64,000 nt of DNA. Source: Azolla caroliniana (lineage: Eukaryota > Plantae > Polypodiophyta). The stretch covers positions 11,904,001 through 11,968,000 of the forward strand of contig JBHGNT010000005.1 in assembly GCA_043228905.1 (NCBI GenBank), read 5' to 3'. Within the stretch, counting starts at the first letter, position 1; each line of letters starts with the position of its first letter. The notes beneath the pieces are model-generated. The model saw nothing but the letters and a program-made list of their open reading frames with translations. It did no database searches and was not told the DNA's origin. Both the position numbers and the translations under genes were made by a program. Positions 52,498 to 64,000 of the stretch are shown piece by piece.

Positions 52498-53049
52498 TAA
52501 ACCTTTTTACCATTTGTTAATATCTCTTTACATCATCAACCATGCATCATTCTTTTTCCTCAAGTTTTAACATTTGCATTTGTTTTTTATTGGTGTTTTA
52601 ACAAGTTGACAATCATGTAAATGTTTCAAATATAGCCATCATATATTTTCTTGAATGCAACATAAGACCATTGTGACATTTCACAACTTCCAACCACAAA
52701 AATATTGTAATTCTCCATGGTCTTTCATCTCAAATTTACATATCAATTCCTTCTCATCATCTGTTAACAAACATTTAGCTCTTGTGATTATGACATCATC
52801 AACATAAATTTTGAATATGCAACTCTTTTTAAACCAATTTTCGCAAGCATAATGCATCTACTCTATTTTGTTTTAAGTTTGTGTTTTGTAAATACTTGTT
52901 GCCCTATCATACCAAGCAACTTTCAATCCATGTAAGGCTTTAATAGCTTGCATACGAGATTCATATAGCACGTGATGATTTCGTACAACGTGTTGAGGGT
53001 GGTTACCCATGCATTTGCCTCTTCCCTGAATTGAGGGTTTAGGATTTAG

Positions 53050-54742
53050 GGCTTGTTCCTTACTCTTCGCGGCCTCTGTCTGGGCCTACTCGTAGCGTTC
53101 TTTAGCTTTATCTGCCATGGCCTTGTGCACGACAATATCTTCTTCGTATGTGAAAATCTTCCTCGTTTGTGTGGATGTTGTTGTTAGAGCGGGAAGACAT
53201 GGTGAATCTACCTGAACGGCCGTGTTAGTCCGTTCGGGCTCACATGGCTGGTCTGTCTGTGTCACGATGTCATTGGTTGTAGGTTTGAAAGGTGGCAGGG
53301 CGAGCGTGGTAGTCTGCTCCTTTGCACGGAGTTGTTGTTCGAGTTCGGAGCTTTGTAACTCGGATGCTTGCCACAAGTCCGTGGCAGTCTTTGCATGTTT
53401 TCTTGCCAATTTGTTTCGTGCGGCCATCTCTTTTGCGGCACGCGTGGCTCTCTCCAATTCGCATCATACTTATACTAACGTTGTGTTGAGTTCCGGAAGC
53501 GCAATACGTGTTCGGCGCTTCTTCGTTACCCATTTCCGGCCAATATTCTGTAGTTTCGGCTCATCATCTGAAGTCGGCTCGTTGTCCAAGGCCCTCTCTA
53601 TGACCTATTGTTCCACGTGATCATGTACCATGTGGGCCGCGGCAGCTACTTGAAGTCGCGCCAAGAAGTCTATGAGTTCGTACATCGTGCCATGCTGGAG
53701 GATTGCGTTGAGCTGAAATGCCTCCGCAGGTAATCCCTTAAGCGTTAAGACCTCATCCTCCGAAAACTACGAGTGATGGCCTTGTTCAATTTGTCTTTTG
53801 GAAGTCAGGGGGGTGGTTTATTCGATTGCGACAGATTTCTCCGATATGACGATGAATTGTTTGTCAGTAGCCGTGATTTCATGCTTTATCTGTTTTGTGT
53901 TGCTCAGGTCGGTTCGGCAACGCTTCACAGTCGTATCTGCCGTCGGGGATGTTTGTTCATCGCGATCCCGTTTTTGTTGGGTTCCCACTAAGCATGGGAT
54001 CTTTGGAACAAGTTGTGGCGTTTCTATCTATTTGGCCGGTTTTTGGGTTTGGTGTCGGGCGGGGCAAAGTTATTTTTAGTACCGCCTTATCACGACCGCA
54101 TATAGTGATGTTGTCCCCTTCTTCGGTGTTTTTCTCGGCTAGGGTTGTCGTGAGGGCATGGGTATCGTCATCCTACCACTCTTCATGCGACAACTACAAC
54201 GTGCACTGTCGTTTGGCCTTAGGAGGTGGAGTAGGAAGTGCCAATGTTCGGCATGGTGTCTGTGCCTGGGGAGGGTAAAGCACGACAGTGTATTGTGCTA
54301 GTACCAGTAAAAATCGTTTTCCCGATTGAAAGGAGATGATGGCCACGTGGACTCCTTTGCCTGTTATAATACCCCAATCGATAGCTCCACGCGATAAGCT
54401 GTGATGATCAATCCTGCCTTCTTCTTTGGCATGTTGTAGGGGTTGGCATGGACGAAGGCGTATTCCCGAAGAACTCGTTGGGACCCCCATGAGTGCGATG
54501 GGCCTTTGTCGAGAACAAATACTCTACAGAATATGTTGGGATGGTGTGTCGATGTCGTGCTCGCCCCCTCTTTGCAGTCGCAGCGCTTCACGAATCATAT
54601 TGTTCGTGATGGTGTCTGGGTGGATTTTCTTGGCGATGGCCTGGGCTTCCGGGTGAGGAGGTGCTTCGAGGATGTTGAGATAACCCGTTAAGCCATGTCT
54701 GGTTATCTCGATGTGGAGCTCCTTAGATACGTCAATCGGCAT
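53050..54742 (-). pseudogene. Extra ORF downstream of the gypsy integrase (sense orientation), decayed
   Basis: ORFs 54524-54742 and 54194-54490 are in one frame separated by a stop; coiled-coil-like 53086-53457. Confidence 0.5.
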
Positions 54743-57700
54743 ATTGTGATCGGAAAACTCACAAGGCTGCGGAGATGGAGAGCGAGAGGGAGGCAGGTTA
54801 CAGAGAGTAAAAGAGTGATAGCAGGTTCAAGCAAAACGATTATGGTCGCTATGGTTGTTGTTGCTTCTTTTATGTGAATGCCTCGGTTCTCGACATATGC
54901 CCTTGTGCCCTAGATTGAGAATCTTCCCTGCCATACTGATAATTAAGGGTCGTGTGTCATGTGAACTATTTGTACTTTCTTTTCTTGAAGGTCGTTCCTC
55001 GTCTTTAAATAGTGAGTGGGTTTTTTTCTTTTTCTTTTTTTTATAATAATGTACACGTGGGAGGTAGGTAGGGCCATTACTGTGATTGAGGCGTGATGCC
55101 CTCAAAATCTTATGTTCCACCTACCAGAGATTGGTTGTGGCCATGTCGTTGTGTGTTGAAGGGGTTAGGTGGTGTCGGTCCACGGTATGGTTTCAATCAA
55201 AATCCATTAACCCATCGGAAAAGTGGTTCGTTGGCCAGTGTGTTGAGCTGAAACATGCCATTGTACGTGTTGATAATCCAGAACGGGCATATCCATCTGA
55301 ATCGAAGCTGGTCAGACATTGCCCCAAGTTTTGTTTGGAAAACTAAAACTAGTTGTCCAAATCGAAAGCTTTGTCCGAAATCCGGCGATCTCTGTCGACG
55401 AAAGCTTTTCGTTGTCTTTGGCAATGTTCTAATTGGGCCAGGCTGGTAATGCGTTCTTCACCGAGTTCAAGCAGTTGAACTAGGTGTCGTTGTTCGGACT
55501 CTTATTCCAATAAGAGTTCCGCTATTTGTAATCGCAACCTGGGTACTTGGAATTCAATTGGCATTACAACTTCCAATCCAAAAGCCAAACAAAAAGGTGT
55601 GGACCCGATACTAGTTTTGAACGTCGGCCCACAGGGCACTATGTAATTTTTCATCCTAGTTTGTGCAATGCTCATTTACAATTTTCTTTAGAATCGTCTA
55701 GAGGGTTTTGTTCGTTGACTATGCAAGACCATTGGCTTGGGGGTAGTACAGGGTGCTTTTCTTGTGTACCATAGCGTTGTCGTGAAGATTTCCGGCTATA
55801 GTGTGAAACCAGGGTGGAATGGGCAAGTCGGTGGTGTGCAACATGTGCACATGTATAGTAGGAAACGGTGTATAGAATAAGGGGGAGTATTTATCCCACA
55901 TTGTAACGCATCCCTCTCCTTGTTCTATAAAATGAAGGAAGCGCCCTTTGTTAAAGGGTTGCCCATTTTGAGTTAGGAGGGTATACCGTTAGAGTTAGGG
56001 TTAGGCAGTTTCTCTTATTCTTGCTTCGTTCTAGGGTTTGTGTTGGTAGTTTTCATTCTTTCTTCTTCTTCTTCTTCGTCTTCGTGTGGGTTGAGAGTTC
56101 GTGTTTGTTTAGGGTTTGCTTCTGCTCGGTCCCCTGTGCAAGATCCCACTCGGCGCAACGAGCTCGAGAGCTCCCCGATCGGCGGCTTGGCAACAGACTG
56201 CTGTTGTAACCTAACCTACCTTGGTCTGGCTCGAAGCTGGGGCTGTATCTTTTCCCTTGTAATATATATACTCATATCTGTTTGTGCATATTGATGTATT
56301 TGGCGGTGTCGGCAGCATAGCCCCTTTGTTTCCTGTGCATAAGAGTCGGTGTCGTGCGCATGCTCTCTCTCTCTCTCGTGTTCGGTTGCCTTCGAGACGT
56401 GTCCGGAGTCGGTTTCTCAGCATCCCTTCCTCCCTCGTCCGAGACCCCCGTGGTCCCGCCCTTTTTAACATGCATGCACATAGTAATGTGACATAATTTG
56501 GTGAACCCAATGTGAAAGGGTGGCAAGGGAGAATGGAGTTGGAAGAAGACGACTTCACGCAACTTTTTGTCAAAGCGATGAGGGAGTGTGGACGGGCAAC
56601 AATAAGGAGAGAGACGGCGCAGCAAGTTGTTGAGTGAGTGGTCAAAAGAGTTGGTCGTTTCAACGGGGACACGTCCCATTCTACTTGGAAGCCTACAACG
56701 CAAAAATGAAGGAGCGAGGCGTAGACGAGGCGTTGAGGCTGGGGTTCTTCTGTCCGGCCGTCACCGTCCGCATGCACGCGGAAGTGAAGAACCTCCGAGA
56801 AGCTCATAGTTCGTGGGAGGCCTTCGAAGAGGCACTCCTGCAGGCATATGGAGGACGGCGGAAGAGCCGGGGACGACGCGGCTTCGACCAGTGGGTGGCA
56901 TCGGCGAAGACCCACCGGGGCGCAACGAAGGCGTTCTGAGAGTTCGAGTGACGGCTTGCTCGGCCCCCGGAGCGGGAGCAAGGTTTGGTGGGGACAGACA
57001 AAACCCTGTTGTTTATTAGGTCGATCAACCGAGCGGAACGGGAGGCCATCGGAATTGAGCTCGAAGACAAGGATGGAGCGAATGGCCTTACGGAGGACTG
57101 GTCGAAGGTCGGAAGGGTATGCCGACGGCTAGATGACGAGCGAGCTGAGAAGGCTAGGAGGAAGGCACGCGACAACGGACCATCACAACGGGAAGAGGTC
57201 GAACGACAAAGAGAGTCGGCAAGGCTCGGCCTCGGGGCCAAGATTGCGAAGGCGTACGAAGCTCTCGAGGCAATGCTCGAGGAAGTGGAAAGATCGAGGC
57301 CGCAAGCCGACGCCGAGGACACGGACTTGCCCCACGAGATGGCAGAAGATCGGTACGACGGTACCATGGGAGAGGGTGCGGAACAAAACGCCCTCTCAAC
57401 TTGCGGAGATAGAACGGCCAAGGACAAGGTCGAGATACCGATCGAAGAATCGGAACATTGGGATGGGCGGTTTCAGGCGCATTAGCCCAAAACTCCGGAC
57501 ATTGGAGAAGCAAGCCCGGGCAGGGCTTGCGCGATCGGGAAGAAAACAGCCACCGACCACGAGGAGCCGATGGCTACGGACAAGGGTGAAAATAGGATGG
57601 GCGATTCTATACGTCTTCCCATGCTTGCTCCTAAGACGATGGCAGTCGGGCCCGAGTGCCCACGTGAGTCCCAAGAGGAGGAAGGCGGCGACGTGAGATC

Positions 57701-58149
57701 GAGAATCACCAGCGGAACTGATTCCGGAGAACTCAGCATTCGGGCCCTTACGCCCACGTGAGCCCGAGGAGATGGATGACGGTATCAAGGAGTCTTGGCA
57801 CGATGCCAGCGAAGATGGATGGGAAATGGCCCGCGAGAAGGTCAACGAAAGGACCAAGAAATGACCCGGCGGTCGGGATCGGATTCGACGTAAGACCAAG
57901 ATACTGACGGTGGCAACCGAAGAACGGGACTCGGCAATCTAGAGAGTGACGGACGAGAACCGGGCGGAGTGGACTTCCGGATAACCGATCCAGGTGGGAG
58001 GAGAGAGCAGGCCTACGAAGAGGCCGGGAACACGGTACGTTGGTACCACGAGACAGGGTGTGGAGCGAGCCACCCTCTCGACTTGCGGACAAAGACGACC
58101 CTGGATAAGGGTCAGAGATACGACGAGCCTGAGGAGGTCACCTCACACC

Positions 58150-58870
58150 TGATCTAGAGACTCCGACGGTCGGCCCAAGAGCCGGCGTGAGACCTAGAGT
58201 GATGAACGGTGGTGGCGATGGGACGAAGGCAAAGGGCTACGGATGTGTGGTCTACAGAGATTCTCCCACCGATCTGGCGGTCGGCCCGAGTGCCGGCGTG
58301 AATCCTATAGGAGAGATCGGTGGCTGCAGGTGAACGTGACCCGCAGAAGAGGTTGATACGAAGGTCAGACTACGGTGAGAAGAAAACGGCAAGCGGTGTT
58401 GCCGCAACCTTACACACACCGGTTCTAGACACTCCGACGGTTGGCCCGACAGTCGGCGTGAGACCTAGAGTAAGGAAGGTGGCGGCGGCAAGGCGGGAAA
58501 CCGAAGGCAGAAGGGGAGGTCCCACGAGATCCTCCCACCGATCCGGTAGTCAGCCTGAGTGCAGGCATGAGGCCTATAGGAAAGAACGGTGGCGGCAGGT
58601 GAATGTGATCGGACGACGGGAAGAAAAGCGAAATGAGGTATGAGGCCGGTGAGGCGGCCACGAACCAGATACGGGGCCGACCGGTAGAGTCGGCAAGACA
58701 AAGATCAAACACGCTTGGCACATGAGTCGGTGACCCAACAAAACGGTGGCCCGAGAAGGATCCTTCACACCTGCCCGGAGACCCCGGCTGTTCGGACGAC
58801 GTGGCAACGTGAGACCAAGGGTAATGGAAGGTGGTGGCAAGGGGACGAAGGCAGCAACAACAAAGGCATC
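58150..58870. repeat. Imperfect internal tandem repeats (~270-bp period with shorter subunits)
   Basis: TCTAGA.ACTCCGACGGT.GGCCC...GGCGTGAGACCTAGAGT at ~58153 and ~58423; partial third copy near 58780. Confidence 0.7.
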
Positions 58871-60118
58871 GACCAGCCGAGGCATTACGTGAACGAAGAA
58901 GGCCATGCAGGCTGGGACGCGGCAAGGGTGATCTTCGGGTAAGCTGTAGGGAACACCCGGTTAAGGAGCAGTGTGTCGAGCCGGAAAAGGCACACCCAAA
59001 AGCGGAACAAGAGACATGTGAGTGGCCACGGAGGGCCGAAGCAAGCACGGGTACGGGACTGTGTTCGGCACAGGCGGTGCCGAACAAGGAAGGCGGAAGA
59101 CGCCACACGGCACAACGACCATAGAAGGAACAAGGAGCGCGTATTGGGGTCACCTAAGGACCGAAGAACAAATGCGCATTTGGGGAACGATAACGGCACA
59201 CGGGGAGAGCCTACGGAAGGTGAGCGCGGAGCGGAGAGAGTCGGCACGCGAAGGTGTTCGGGACGCGGAGACGATCGACCCAATGGAGGGACATGCGCGG
59301 CACACAAGGTGTGGAATCCAACGTACATACAAAGTGACCAGGGGTGTTCTGGAGGACCGATCGGGGAAGAAGGCGCGAACGCCGGATATGGGCAGCACTG
59401 GCGAGACAGTCGGGTGCCAGTAAGATGGAGCACCCGGTTAATCACCGTCGCCGAAATCTCTCACCCTTTTCCTTCCTTGGCACATACCGGTGGATGTGCA
59501 GTTTCGTGGGGGTGGATGTCATGAAGATTTCCAGCTATAGTGTGAAACCGGGGTGGAATGGGCAAGTCAGTGGTGTGCAACATGTGCACATGTATAGTAG
59601 GAAACGGTGTATAGAATAAGGGGGAGTATTTATCCCACATTGTAACGCATCCCTCTCCTTGTTCTATAAAACGAAGGGAGCACCCTTTGTTAAATGGTTG
59701 CCCATTTTGAGTTAGGAGGGTATACCATTAGAGTTAGGGTTAGGCAATTTCTCTTATTCTTGCTTCGTTCTAGGGTTTGTCTTGGTAGTTTTCTTTCTTT
59801 CTTCTTCTTCTTCTTCGTCGTCGTGTGGGTTCAGAGTTCGTGTCTATTTAGGGTTTGATTCTGCTCGGTCCCCTGTGCAAGACCCCACTCGGCACGACGA
59901 GCCCAAGAGCTCCTCAATCGGCGACTTGGCAACAAACTGTTGTTGTAACCTAAACTACCTTGGTCCAGCTCGAAGCCAGGGTTGTATCTTTTCTCTTGTA
60001 ATATATATACTCATATATGTTTGTGCATATTGATGTATTTGGCAGTGTCAGGAGCATAGCCCCTTTGTTTCCTATGCATAAGAGTCGGTGTCACGCACAT
60101 GCTCGCTCTCTCTCTCTC

Positions 60119-60329
60119 TTTTTATCGTAATGACCTTACCCTAGCGGTAAGTTGTTAGCACTACAAGAACTGCGTTCTGGGTTCGAAACCCAAATTCCTC
60201 ACCTCTCTATTATATACTTCTTATATATATCTTAATTCACTAGATGCCACTGTGGAATGTAGGGGTTGAACCCATGACCACTTGGTCTCCATTGGGCAAC
60301 CTTACCAACTGAGCTACATCCATCTGGGC
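60119..60329 (-). mobile_element. tRNA-like short element inserted in the (CT)n tract of the 3' LTR
   Basis: Absent from the 5' LTR at ~56363-56377; A box TAGCTCAGTTGG, B box GGGTTCAACCC. Confidence 0.8.
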
Positions 60330-60439
60330 CTCTCTCTCTCTCTCTCTCTCTCTCGTGTTCGGTTGCCTCCGGGACGTGTCCAGAGTCGGTTTCTCGGCAT
60401 CCCTTCCTCCCTCGTCCGCCCTTTTTGACACGCACGCAC

Positions 60440-61040
60440 TGTCGTTATTACGCGTGTGCGTGTAGAAATAAGGCGGGACCGCGGGGACCCTGAACCGAGG
60501 AGCGTGAGAGATAAGAGGAAGAGAGATTTGCAGGAGCACAAAGAGACAAGAAAGAAAGAATCGGTTCCAATAACAATATAGATTACTGCTTGTAATGTTA
60601 CAACCGGCAAGCCGGTGATAGACTCAACACACACTGAAATATGTGGTGGAGCCTCTACCGGAAGCACGCGGGCTTTCGCGCATCAGAGGCAACCAATCTA
60701 ACCCAAATCCCTGCAACAACCGTGGTGGAGGAGAGTGCTCGGTTCCCAGTCCGACAGCACTTCGTCCTCTCAAAAATGTGCCCTTTCTTCTTCTTCTCCC
60801 CTCCCTTTTATAGGTCGTCGAGGAGCCCGTTACATCAAAACACATCAACTTTATTCTCTGTCCCTTTGAACAGAGATACACATTGATTTCCTACCTAATA
60901 AACATGTCATACCTAGTTTATTTACATCAGCCATGTTGTTCCTAGTTATGTACAATGTATCAATCTGTGCACGCTCATGTAAGGGCAGGTTCACGCCTTT
61001 AATTCCTTGATTCCCCTTAGGGCTGGTTTTCTTCACGACA
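60440..61040 (-). mobile_element. Solo LTR (601 bp) inserted near the end of the 3' LTR
   Basis: TGTCGT...ACGACA termini; absent from the 5' LTR; alignment implies a 4-bp (decayed) duplication. Confidence 0.7.
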
Positions 61041-62858
61041 ACGTGTAATAACGCAACAACGTAATGCGAGGTTAATTCGCGTATGATGTGATTGACGAAG
61101 TGGCCTCCCTGATCACTCACTAGTTCAATTGGGCACCCGAAACGACACCATAAGTTCTCGTAGATGAAATTTGTGGTGGACACAGTTGTGTTAACTCGGA
61201 GGGCTTTCGCTTCGACCCATTTTGTGTAGTAATCGGTCGCCACGATGATGTATTTGTTACCCGTGCATGTTGCAAGGGGTTTAAAGGGACCGACAAAATC
61301 CAATCCCCACTTTTGGAAAGGTTCCAAGGGAAGGATGGGTTGGTGTGGCATGTGGTCGCGTTCGCTTGGCTATCCCATCCATTGGTAGAGGTCACATTGT
61401 TTGCAAAAATTATGGGCGTCTTTTTTCGTAGTCGGCCACCATAACCCGCTCTGCCATATTTTTCGTGTTGTGGCGTCTCCTGGGTAATGGTCGCCCGCAT
61501 TTCCGTGATGCGCATCGCGGAGCACGACATCCTTCTCAAATTGTCGGACCACATCTCCAGATGCCGTCCGAGCCTTTGTGATACAGAGTATTCGAAAGTA
61601 AACAGAAGTTGCGGCTTTGGACTGCTAGCCATTTTTTAGCATCAAGTGTGGGATGGTCTGGTGGAAGGCCAATACTCAAGAAGTGTGTCATGTCGATGAT
61701 CCAAGCGTCTTCGGGCTCAGTGGACTTTGTGTCGATACAGAAGATGGATGTGTCTGGTAAGTCATCGTATTGTGTTCCGCGAGTTCCCCAAATTCTAATT
61801 GGCTACCGCATGTTGGACCCCTAGTCGGTGTTGGATATCGAAATCGTGCTCTTGAAGGCGTAGCATCCACTGTGCTAAGCGACCAGTCAGGGCTTTTTTA
61901 TGAACAAGATACAACAATGCCCAATGATCCACATGGAAGCTGAATTTTCGGCCTAGCAAATAGTGCCGGAATTTAGTGATACTATAGATCATGCTGAGCA
62001 CTTCACGTTCCGCGGTGGAGTAATTCCTTTCCGCTGTCGAGAGACATCTATTAGCGTTGTAAACGGGGTGATACCAATTCGAGGGAGTTTTCTACATTAA
62101 AGCGTTGCCAATGGCGATGTCGAATGCATCTACGAATACTTGAAAGGGTTGTGCCCAATCTGAAGGTTGCACCACTGGAGCTTGGGAAATCATGACTTTG
62201 AGTGATTGATAGGCCTGGTCTTCCCGTTCCGTCCACTGAAAGGGAATCGCGTGGACTGCTACATGTAAGGGGGGTCGCGAAATCGGTGAGTTATTGGAGC
62301 ATACGCCTATGCCATCGTATTTGACCTAAAAATTTGCTAAGTGCTTTGGTCGTGGCTGGGGCCAGGGCATTCAAGATGGCTTGGACTTTGTCAGGATCCA
62401 TGGCAATGTCATCCCGACTTACAATGTGGCTGAGTAAAGCACCACTTGTAACGTGGAAAGCGCATTTTGCCGGATTTAGGTTGAGTCGTGCCTGCCGACA
62501 TCTTTCAAGGCACAATCGTAAATGCGCAAGGTGCTCCAATTGCTGCCCATACACCGCGAATCATCAAGGAAGACTTGCATGAAGGCTGGAATGAAGTCCT
62601 CGAAGATTTCGAAGATGATTCGTTGAAACGTGGCGGGTGCCGTTTTTTATCCAAACATCATGACTACGGCTACGAACACACCCCATTCCGTTACGAATGT
62701 TTTCTTTTCTTGATCGTCCGGGTGCATACGGATCTGATTGTAACCACTTAAGCCGTCTAAAAAACTATAGCGGTCATGGCTGGCAACCGTATCGAGGATG
62801 TTGTCGGTGAACGGGAGTGGAAACGCATCCATAATCGTGGCTGCGCTGAGCTTTCGGT

Positions 62859-63346
62859 TGTTGTACGTTTTAGGGTTAAGGATGACAATTATGATAGCAT
62901 GATGAAAATGATGAAGATAGACATGGCGTAATGGTGGAGATGATGAATGGTATGATGGTGAGAGAGAACATGAAGAACAAGACAAACATTGAGGGGTGGG
63001 GGGTGGTGCCTAGAATGGCTCCACCCCCTCCCAAGGGGGTTCAACGTAAGGAGGAGAGAGAGAGAAAGAGAAAGAGAAATGACAAGAGAGAGATTGAGAG
63101 AAATGTTCCTTGTATTCATTCATTCCCCATAAGGGGTTAAATAGGTACAACGGGGTAGATCCACAAGGGTGCAAGCCCCCTTGGCATTCACACCTAGTCA
63201 CTCACTGCCACGTCTTTGTATCTACCACACTCACACTTACATTCACACTCATAATCGTATAAAATCACACATACATAACCACACATTACATCTTTCACCC
63301 TCACTTATCACACTTATCAATCACCCGTACATCTCTTACGGTAACA
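62859..63346. mobile_element. Solo LTR (488 bp) in gypsy RT
   Basis: TGTTG...TAACA; perfect TSD TCGGT; removal restores RVCVDYR|KLSAATI. Confidence 0.9.
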
Positions 63347-64000
63347 TCGGTAATCCACGCATACCCGGATTTGTCCGTTCTTTTTTGGTACGACCACAAT
63401 GGGACTTAACCATGTGGCTCTTTTGACCGGCCGGATGAACTCGACATAGAGAAGTTTATCTATCTCTTCTTTCACTTTGGCCCCGTAGTTGGGATTCATT
63501 CGGTAACGGCGTTGCTGGATTGGCCGTGCATCCTTCTGGAGGTGAATCTGATGTTGGTAGTATTGATGGTCCAGGCCCTTCATATCACTATACGCCCATG
63601 CGAACACGTCCTGATATTCCGTGAGCAATCCAAGTAGGGTTGATCAGTCGTTGATTGCCAGATCCTTGACAATTTTTACTGGTCGTGGCTCAGAAGGGGA
63701 GCCGAGATTAACCTCTTCGAAGGTGGAGGCATTTACTCTATGCGAGATTGCTAATTCGTAGTCAAGTGCGTCACGGGTCTGTTGTAGTTCTTTGACTGAA
63801 TCCTAGTTAGGCTCATGGGGAGCTTCATGGTTTATTGTTTTGGCTAAGTATGGTTCTATGGCTGAAAGAACGTCGATTTCGAAGAGCGGGACGATCGTGG
63901 AATGCTCGTCCAGAAAAGTGTTTATTTTGTCATCTGCTAGTCCATCTAGCATGCGGACTCCCCCCTCATATAGCGGGTTGTTGTTAGAAGGAGTTGAAGT

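Larger units (their letters stand above)
55778..61058 (+). mobile_element. Nested LTR retroelement with gag-like ORF and no intact pol
   Basis: LTRs 55778-56493 and 59517-61058; PBS TGGTGAACCCAATGTGA (tRNA-Trp-like) at 56499; PPT before 59517; 4-bp TSD GCGT/ACGT restores host INT HYAMVHKKST; gag-like YLEAY...WEAFEEALLQAY. Confidence 0.85.
53035..64000 (-). mobile_element. Ty3/gypsy retrotransposon (non-chromovirus-like), decayed, extending beyond window end; 3' end truncated
   Basis: RT (EYQDVFAW...RVCVDYR, FLDGLSGYNQI), RNase H (FRHYLLGRKF), INT ([20 protein letters not shown]) in RT-RH-INT order, interrupted by nested inserts. Confidence 0.9.

Noticed and set aside
56200-59620. Many overlapping long ORFs on both strands
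   Set aside because: Expected from GC-rich repetitive retroelement interior; only the gag-like frame is credible.

Overview
Plant nuclear DNA that is TE-dense with long introns; a fern or other non-seed plant is plausible but cannot be proven from sequence. It holds two intact host genes: a 9-exon nitrilase-superfamily Nit1/NLP2-type (deaminated glutathione amidase) gene (+, 20544-33598) and a 3-exon double B-box BBX gene (-, 37752-39638). The most notable structure is a ~14.85-kb Mutator-like element (about 5378-20230) with TIRs and a 10-bp TSD. It carries an intron-containing captured gene fragment, a spliced zinc-finger + Ulp1 SUMO-protease cargo gene (split by a copia insertion just before its catalytic His), a 64-bp tandem array, recurring GGAGCCCGACT motifs and a decayed MULE transposase. 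This layout recalls the VANDAL/Kaonashi elements. The rest is nested retroelements: four Ty1/copia elements (two share a Pol C-terminal extension and a duplicated PPT), an RTE-like LINE in Nit1 intron 1, and a Ty3/gypsy element with an extra ORF. That gypsy element hosts a tRNA-Trp-primed element with a 4-bp TSD, solo LTRs and a two-headed tRNA-like short element. All coordinates were read by eye and no database searches were run.
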